The notes under the pieces are model-generated. The model was not told the origin of the DNA, made no database searches, and worked only from the letters and a program-made list of their open reading frames with translations. A stretch of DNA of 11,380 nucleotides, from positions 1 through 11,380 of the forward strand of contig JBDZWC010000098.1 of NCBI GenBank assembly GCA_040256005.1, given 5' to 3'. This document shows, piece after piece, positions 7,449 to 11,380 of this stretch. The stretch comes from Deinococcaceae bacterium (lineage in GTDB: Bacteria > Deinococcota > Deinococci > Deinococcales > Trueperaceae). How positions within the stretch are numbered: position 1 is the first letter of the stretch; every line of letters begins with the position of its first letter. A program made the translations under genes and the position numbers.

Positions 7449-8645
7449 TCAGTCTGCCGGCTGGATCGCAGCGCCGGCCAGGTTCTCGAGCCATGCATGC
7501 TCGCCGTGCACCAGTCGCAACGCCTCGGCCAGCCACTCGCGCGCGTCCGCGTCCAACCGCGGCAGCACACGGGCGAAGTCCGCATCGTCCTTGCTCCGCG
7601 GTCCGGCTTCCCCGTTCCCACCCTGGCTCGAACGACTCTTGAACAGCAGAACGGCCTCAGGCGCCAGGTAGGGCACTACCGCGCCGCTGGGCAACCGCGC
7701 TCGCTGTACGGCCCGGGCCAGTGGCAGCGATACGCGTTGGTCTCGCCGATAGATCCAGGTGCCCGGCGAACGCGGAGCGAACAGCAGGTCGATGAAGTCC
7801 CCTTGTTTGCGTGCGTGGGCCTGGTGGGTTCCAGGGCGCAGTTGCTCGCCGAGGGGCCAGGCCACGTAGCGCCCGCCGTCGAGCACCTGATCTAGGCGCC
7901 AGCCACCCTCGCGAAGTACGCGCTGGACGTCGGACTGGCGGCCCGTGTCGATCTCTATGTCGACGTCGTCGTGATACCGCGTCGGCTCGCCCAGATGCAG
8001 GTCCAGCGCCCAACCGCTGGAGACGGCCCACGATCCGTCGTCGGGCAAATCTGCCAGCGCGGAGGAGAGCCGTTCGATGGGCGTGAAGCCTGTTTTCTCC
8101 AGGTGCCACGCGAAGGCCTCGTGCACCAGGCTCGTGATCAGCTCGGTCTTGCCTGCCTGATACGCGCGCCGGTCGTCGTGGAAACGTTCGGCCAGGTCGG
8201 CCTTCAGTTCCGCGTAGCGTTCGCGCGCCGGGGCGTTCGCCCGCAGGTAGTCGCGAAAGACCACGTGCCGCTCCAGATGACCGCTCTCGAACGACACCAG
8301 GTGGAGGTGGACGTCGTGCCGCCCCTTGGTGAAGTAGGTGCGGCCCGGAAGGCCGTACTCACCATGGTGCGTGAACCCGATGGCTTCCAGCGCCCTGATC
8401 GCTTCCCCGGGGGGTGGGTAGGGATGGACGCGGCCCATGATGTCGATGGTGGGCTTGGCCAGGAGGCCTGGCACGGACGTGGAGCCCATGTGCGCCAGGT
8501 CCTCGAGGATGCCGCCGTCCACGAGCCGGCCCAGCGCTCGCCAGATCTGGCTGCATTCGGCCTCGAACGCCGCCGGCCAGGCAGGGTCGTATCGCTTCAG
8601 GACGACTGGGTCGTGATGGACGCTGTCGGCATCCTGTGACGGCAC
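7449..8645 (-). CDS. fusion of a GrpB/UPF0157 domain and an aminoglycoside-2''-adenylyltransferase-like nucleotidyltransferase domain
   Basis: N-half YDPAWPAAFEAE, HMGSTSVPGLLAKPTIDI, FRDYLR, YAELK, YQAGK. C-half WAVSSGWALDLHLGEPTRYHDDVDI, PYLAPEAVLLFKS, RSKDDADF. Confidence 0.88.
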   Translation of the reverse strand: MPSQDADSVHHDPVVLKRYDPAWPAAFEAECSQIWRALGRLVDGGILEDLAHMGSTSVPGLLAKPTIDIMGRVHPYPPPGEAIRALEAIGFTHHGEYGLPGRTYFTKGRHDVHLHLVSFESGHLERHVVFRDYLRANAPARERYAELKADLAERFHDDRRAYQAGKTELITSLVHEAFAWHLEKTGFTPIERLSSALADLPDDGSWAVSSGWALDLHLGEPTRYHDDVDIEIDTGRQSDVQRVLREGGWRLDQVLDGGRYVAWPLGEQLRPGTHQAHARKQGDFIDLLFAPRSPGTWIYRRDQRVSLPLARAVQRARLPSGAVVPYLAPEAVLLFKSRSSQGGNGEAGPRSKDDADFARVLPRLDADAREWLAEALRLVHGEHAWLENLAGAAIQPAD

Positions 8646-8651
8646 CGGGTA

Positions 8652-8657
8652 AGGATA
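8652..8657 (-). promoter_or_regulatory. -10 box, leaderless promoter
   Basis: Minus strand TATCCT-tacccg-GTG(8645). Confidence 0.6.
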
Positions 8658-8721
8658 GCGCCGCGGACTCCTGGTCTAGGCGGCTACGCGTCGCGCCCGA
8701 GCCAACGGCCGGCACGCAGAT

Positions 8722-9070
8722 CTAGCTAGCCCCGAACCACCATCGCGCCAACCGCAGCGCACGCAGGGTGTTCATACGGCTCGGTTTGCCGACCGACTCG
8801 ATCGGGAACCAGGCGCCAAAGGGTCAGCAGGGTGTAGTGAGTGGACGTCCACTTCAGTGCGTAGAGGGACCGCGGCCAAGTTCCCTCCGGGTCCTGCAAC
8901 GCCAGGTACCGGGCGCCCCAGCCCTCCGTGGCTACCTTGGCGCGCTCCGCTTCGACCGCGCTCGGACTTTCGTCCAAAAGGTGGGCGCGCACCTGCCACC
9001 GCACAGAGGGATCGCCTTCGAGCAGCCAGGCGATGACCTCGTCAGTCGCCAAGTCCCCGTAGGTCGCCAC
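8722..9070 (-). pseudogene. internally deleted, frameshifted remnant of a conserved protein often annotated as squalene cyclase / prenyltransferase-repeat-like
   Basis: N-terminus VIAWLLEGDPSVRWQV...VATEGWGARYLALQDPEGTW...KWTSTHYTLLTLWRL abuts, in a different frame (8811-8722), the family-like C-terminus WFPIESVGKPSRMNTLRALRLARWWFGAS*. Family assignment is from memory. Confidence 0.78.
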
Positions 9071-9076
9071 GGCGAG

Positions 9077-9082
9077 AGATTA
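9077..9082 (-). promoter_or_regulatory. -10 box, leaderless promoter
   Basis: Minus strand TAATCT-ctcgcc-GTG(9070). Confidence 0.6.
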
Positions 9083-9097
9083 CGCGGTGGAAGTGGC

Positions 9098-9766
9098 CTA
9101 CTCGCCGAAGTAGTGCCAAGTCCCTTCGGACACGACCTCCACCTCACCGTCGACGACCTTGAAAGCCGTGTCGTCATCGATGGCGTAGGCAGGCACGTCC
9201 AGTTTGGCAGCCCACTTCTCGGCCGCCGCGAGGGTGTTGGTGGGAAGCTCCGGGTGGTCCAGGTGAGGGAAGATCGCGAAGTCGACGATGCCCAGCGCCT
9301 CGTCTCCGCCGCCGGGCGGCTGCCACCCGACGAACTCCTCGCCGATCCGTGGCGACATGACCATGCTCCCGCCGCTCAGGCCGAACCACACCTTGTCGCC
9401 CAGAGCCGGCAGCATGTCCACCAGACCAGATTCGCGCATCCAGTGGGCCAGGTACAGGGCATCACCGCCGTTGACGAGCAGCACGTCGGCCTCGTGCACC
9501 CAAGACTTCCACCGGTCGGCATCCAAGGTCGGGAGGGCCGTCAGCTCCAGGACCCCGACGGACTTCCAACCCAGTTCGACCATGGGCGTCGTGGACTGCC
9601 CTGTCAGGAACCGGTAGGCGCCGGTCGGCTTCAACCAAGGATGCCCGTAGCCCGCTGTCGGTATGGCCAGGGCGTCGCACTCCGCGATGGGTTTGCCGAG
9701 GAGGTCCACCAGAGCTGCGTGGATGCTGGGATTCTTGGCGCCGGCGGACGAGAGGAGCATCTTCAT
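9098..9766 (-). CDS. peptidase S51 / peptidase E family (class I glutamine amidotransferase-like)
   Basis: IPTA, VNGGDALYL, nucleophile elbow GLSGGSM, FPHL, YAIDDDTA. SD AGGAGG (9779-9774) lies 7 nt upstream of ATG. Confidence 0.92.
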   Translation of the reverse strand: MKMLLSSAGAKNPSIHAALVDLLGKPIAECDALAIPTAGYGHPWLKPTGAYRFLTGQSTTPMVELGWKSVGVLELTALPTLDADRWKSWVHEADVLLVNGGDALYLAHWMRESGLVDMLPALGDKVWFGLSGGSMVMSPRIGEEFVGWQPPGGGDEALGIVDFAIFPHLDHPELPTNTLAAAEKWAAKLDVPAYAIDDDTAFKVVDGEVEVVSEGTWHYFGE

Positions 9767-9773
9767 CTGGTGG

Positions 9774-9828
9774 CCTCCTGGACTGAGACGTCAGGGCAGT
9801 AGGTTACCCCTCGGCCTGGCGCTATCGT
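9774..9828. promoter_or_regulatory. compact divergent promoter region between peptidase and VOC genes
   Basis: Minus strand TAACCT (9806-9801) then SD AGGAGG (leadered). Plus strand TATCGT (9823-9828)-tcggac-ATG(9835) (leaderless). Confidence 0.55.
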
Positions 9829-9834
9829 TCGGAC

Positions 9835-10266
9835 ATGCCCCAACCAGCTCTGCCGCACAACCGCTCCATGCCCACGAGCAGCGTGATCCCCGTGCTCGGC
9901 TACCCGTCTCCCGAGGAGGCGACGAACTGGCTGGCCGACGTGTTGGGGTTCCGCAGGCGCCTGGTGATCGGCGGGCACCGGGTCCAACTGAACTACGACG
10001 GCGGTTCACTGGTCGTCACAGGGACGCGGTCTGATTCCAAACCCGCGAGGTGCTCGGTCATGCTGCGCGTCGCCTCGGTGGGCGATACGTACGCACGGGC
10101 GCTGGACAGGGGAGCCGTGGGCACGTCCGAGCCCGCCGACTACCCGTACGGCGAGCGCCAAGCCACCTTCACCGACCCGTGGGGCCACGTGTGGACGCTG
10201 TCCCAGACGATAGCGGACAGCGACCCCGCTTCGTGGGGCGGACAGTTGTTGGACGCGGCCGGCTGA
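9835..10266 (+). CDS. VOC family (glyoxalase/bleomycin resistance) protein
   Basis: VIPVLGYP...WLADVLGF, SVMLRV, EPADYPYGERQATFTDPWGHVWTLSQ. Confidence 0.92.
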   Translation: MPQPALPHNRSMPTSSVIPVLGYPSPEEATNWLADVLGFRRRLVIGGHRVQLNYDGGSLVVTGTRSDSKPARCSVMLRVASVGDTYARALDRGAVGTSEPADYPYGERQATFTDPWGHVWTLSQTIADSDPASWGGQLLDAAG

Positions 10267-10320
10267 TCGTACCGAGCGCGCTGGATGCGCCGGCACGGCG
10301 AGGTCCATCGTCCTCATGCT

Positions 10321-10326
10321 TATCAT
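10321..10326 (+). promoter_or_regulatory. -10 box, leaderless promoter
   Basis: TATCAT-cgggc-ATG(10332), no SD. Confidence 0.65.
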
Positions 10327-10331
10327 CGGGC

Positions 10332-11380
10332 ATGCGGATCAAGGCGTTGGGGGCCTTGGCGCTCGATGGACACGACTTCCGTCGGCCCAAGCCGCTGTTG
10401 GTCGCTGCCTACCTGTGTCTCCAGGGACCCACCAGCAAACGGCGCCTCGCGGAGTTGTTCTGGCCGGATGCGCTCGATGCACGCGACAGCCTCAGCACGA
10501 CCCTTCGTAGGCTGAACAGCCTCGGGCCCGACCCGTTGATCAGCAGCGGTGACCCCGTCAGCGCATTCTTCGAGTGCGACGCCGCCGAGTTCCTGGACGC
10601 CGCCTCAGCGCGAGACCATGCTCGCGCCGTCGAGTCGTTCCAGGGTCCGTTCCTCGGCGATGTCGACCTGCCGGTCGGCGAAGAGGTAGAGGAGTGGATG
10701 TTCACGACGAGGGAGCGGATCTCGAACCTCGCCCGGCGTGCGCGCATCGCACTGTCTCGAGAGGCTTTGAAGCGGGACGATCCGCGTTCGGCTTGCCGGC
10801 ACGCGGAAGCCGCGCTTGACATCGATCACGCTGTCACTTGGGAGGACGAGCTTCTGAGCTCGGTAATCGAGTGCCTTCACGCCGCAGGCAGCCAGAGATC
10901 GCGCGAGGCGATGGCGTTGGCCCAGGACCTCGGCGTCGTCTACTCCGTCCGGACGAGTTCCGCCGGTGAGCCAGCGGTAGTCGACAACATCCCTCGCCCA
11001 GGTACCAAGTTCATCGGGCGTTCCGGTGAGCTGAAGGAGATCCAAGAGCTTCTGTTCGAGGGTACCGCGCGACTCGTGACGCTGCACGGCCCCGGAGGCG
11101 CAGGTAAGTCGCGCCTCGCCATCGAGGCGTGCCTCAGCGCCTCGGATCAGGACGCGTACGCGGGCGAGATCTGCTTCGTGCAACTGGAGACGGTGACCGA
11201 CGAGACGATGATCGCCGGTGCCTTGGCCGTCGCCATGCGGCTCGTCCTGCCCCCTACGGGGTCGCCCGAGGAGCACCTTGTCAGGGTCATCGGTTCGCGG
11301 CGCATGTTGATCGCGTTCGACAACTTCGAACACCTGGTGAACGGCGCCCCGTTCGTCGCGAACCTGCTCAGGAACTGTCC
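10332..11380 (+). CDS. SARP/AfsR-like regulator: winged-helix + BTAD + STAND-type P-loop ATPase (3' end outside window)
   Basis: Hand translation, open to the window end: MRIKALGALALDGHDFRRPKPLLVAAYL...RLAELFWPD...FQGPFL...EEW...RER...NIPRPGTKFIGRSGEL...RLVTLHGPGGAGKSRLA (Walker A 11088-11111)...LIAFDNFEHL (Walker B). Confidence 0.92.
   Translation, partial: MRIKALGALALDGHDFRRPKPLLVAAYLCLQGPTSKRRLAELFWPDALDARDSLSTTLRRLNSLGPDPLISSGDPVSAFFECDAAEFLDAASARDHARAVESFQGPFLGDVDLPVGEEVEEWMFTTRERISNLARRARIALSREALKRDDPRSACRHAEAALDIDHAVTWEDELLSSVIECLHAAGSQRSREAMALAQDLGVVYSVRTSSAGEPAVVDNIPRPGTKFIGRSGELKEIQELLFEGTARLVTLHGPGGAGKSRLAIEACLSASDQDAYAGEICFVQLETVTDETMIAGALAVAMRLVLPPTGSPEEHLVRVIGSRRMLIAFDNFEHLVNGAPFVANLLRNC

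Noticed and set aside
4229..8639. Other long alternative-frame ORFs (4229-4927, 5425-6081, 5531-6322, 7971-8639 etc.)
   Set aside because: Fully overlap well-supported genes, mostly Arg/Pro/Ala/Gly-biased, and have no recognisable motifs.
8722..9070. Idea that the cyclase-like remnant is the terpene cyclase of the PKS-UbiA pathway
   Set aside because: Opposite strand, own promoter, separated by an unrelated gene, broken, and cyclase activity of this family is not established.
8768..9802. 344-aa plus-strand ORF
   Set aside because: Antisense shadow of the peptidase E gene and the pseudogene; no motifs. Long shadow ORFs are expected in high-GC DNA.
10605..11333. 242-aa minus-strand ORF
   Set aside because: Antisense to the motif-bearing SARP-ATPase frame starting at 10332.
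1..11380. CRISPR arrays, IS elements, tRNA/rRNA, phage-defence or RiPP precursor genes
   Set aside because: No regularly spaced repeats, transposase or integrase motifs, or cloverleaf seen; intergenic gaps are all under about 80 nt.

Overview
High-GC bacterial DNA with 11 intact CDSs, one internally deleted pseudogene, one gene running off the right edge that the ORF track missed, and the probable first codons of a divergent gene at the left edge. Left to right: TetR regulator (divergent promoters with a palindromic operator candidate); a glucose/sorbosone-dehydrogenase-family beta-propeller lipoprotein coupled to a mono-haem cytochrome c lipoprotein; a tightly coupled five-gene operon of type III PKS, SAM methyltransferase, FAD monooxygenase, UbiA prenyltransferase and a sphingomyelinase-C-like lipoprotein (candidate prenylated polyketide quinone / phenolic lipid pathway, the most interesting element). 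On the minus strand follow a GrpB + ANT(2'')-like double nucleotidyltransferase fusion, a deletion pseudogene and a peptidase E. The window ends with a VOC protein and a SARP/BTAD + P-loop ATPase regulator. Six start codons have a TANNNT -10 box only 5-7 nt upstream and no Shine-Dalgarno, indicating leaderless transcription. Together with the style of the SARP-ATPase this suggests Deinococcota (Trueperaceae-like), which is an inference only. No rRNA, tRNA, CRISPR array or mobile element was seen. All family calls come from motif recognition, not database searches.
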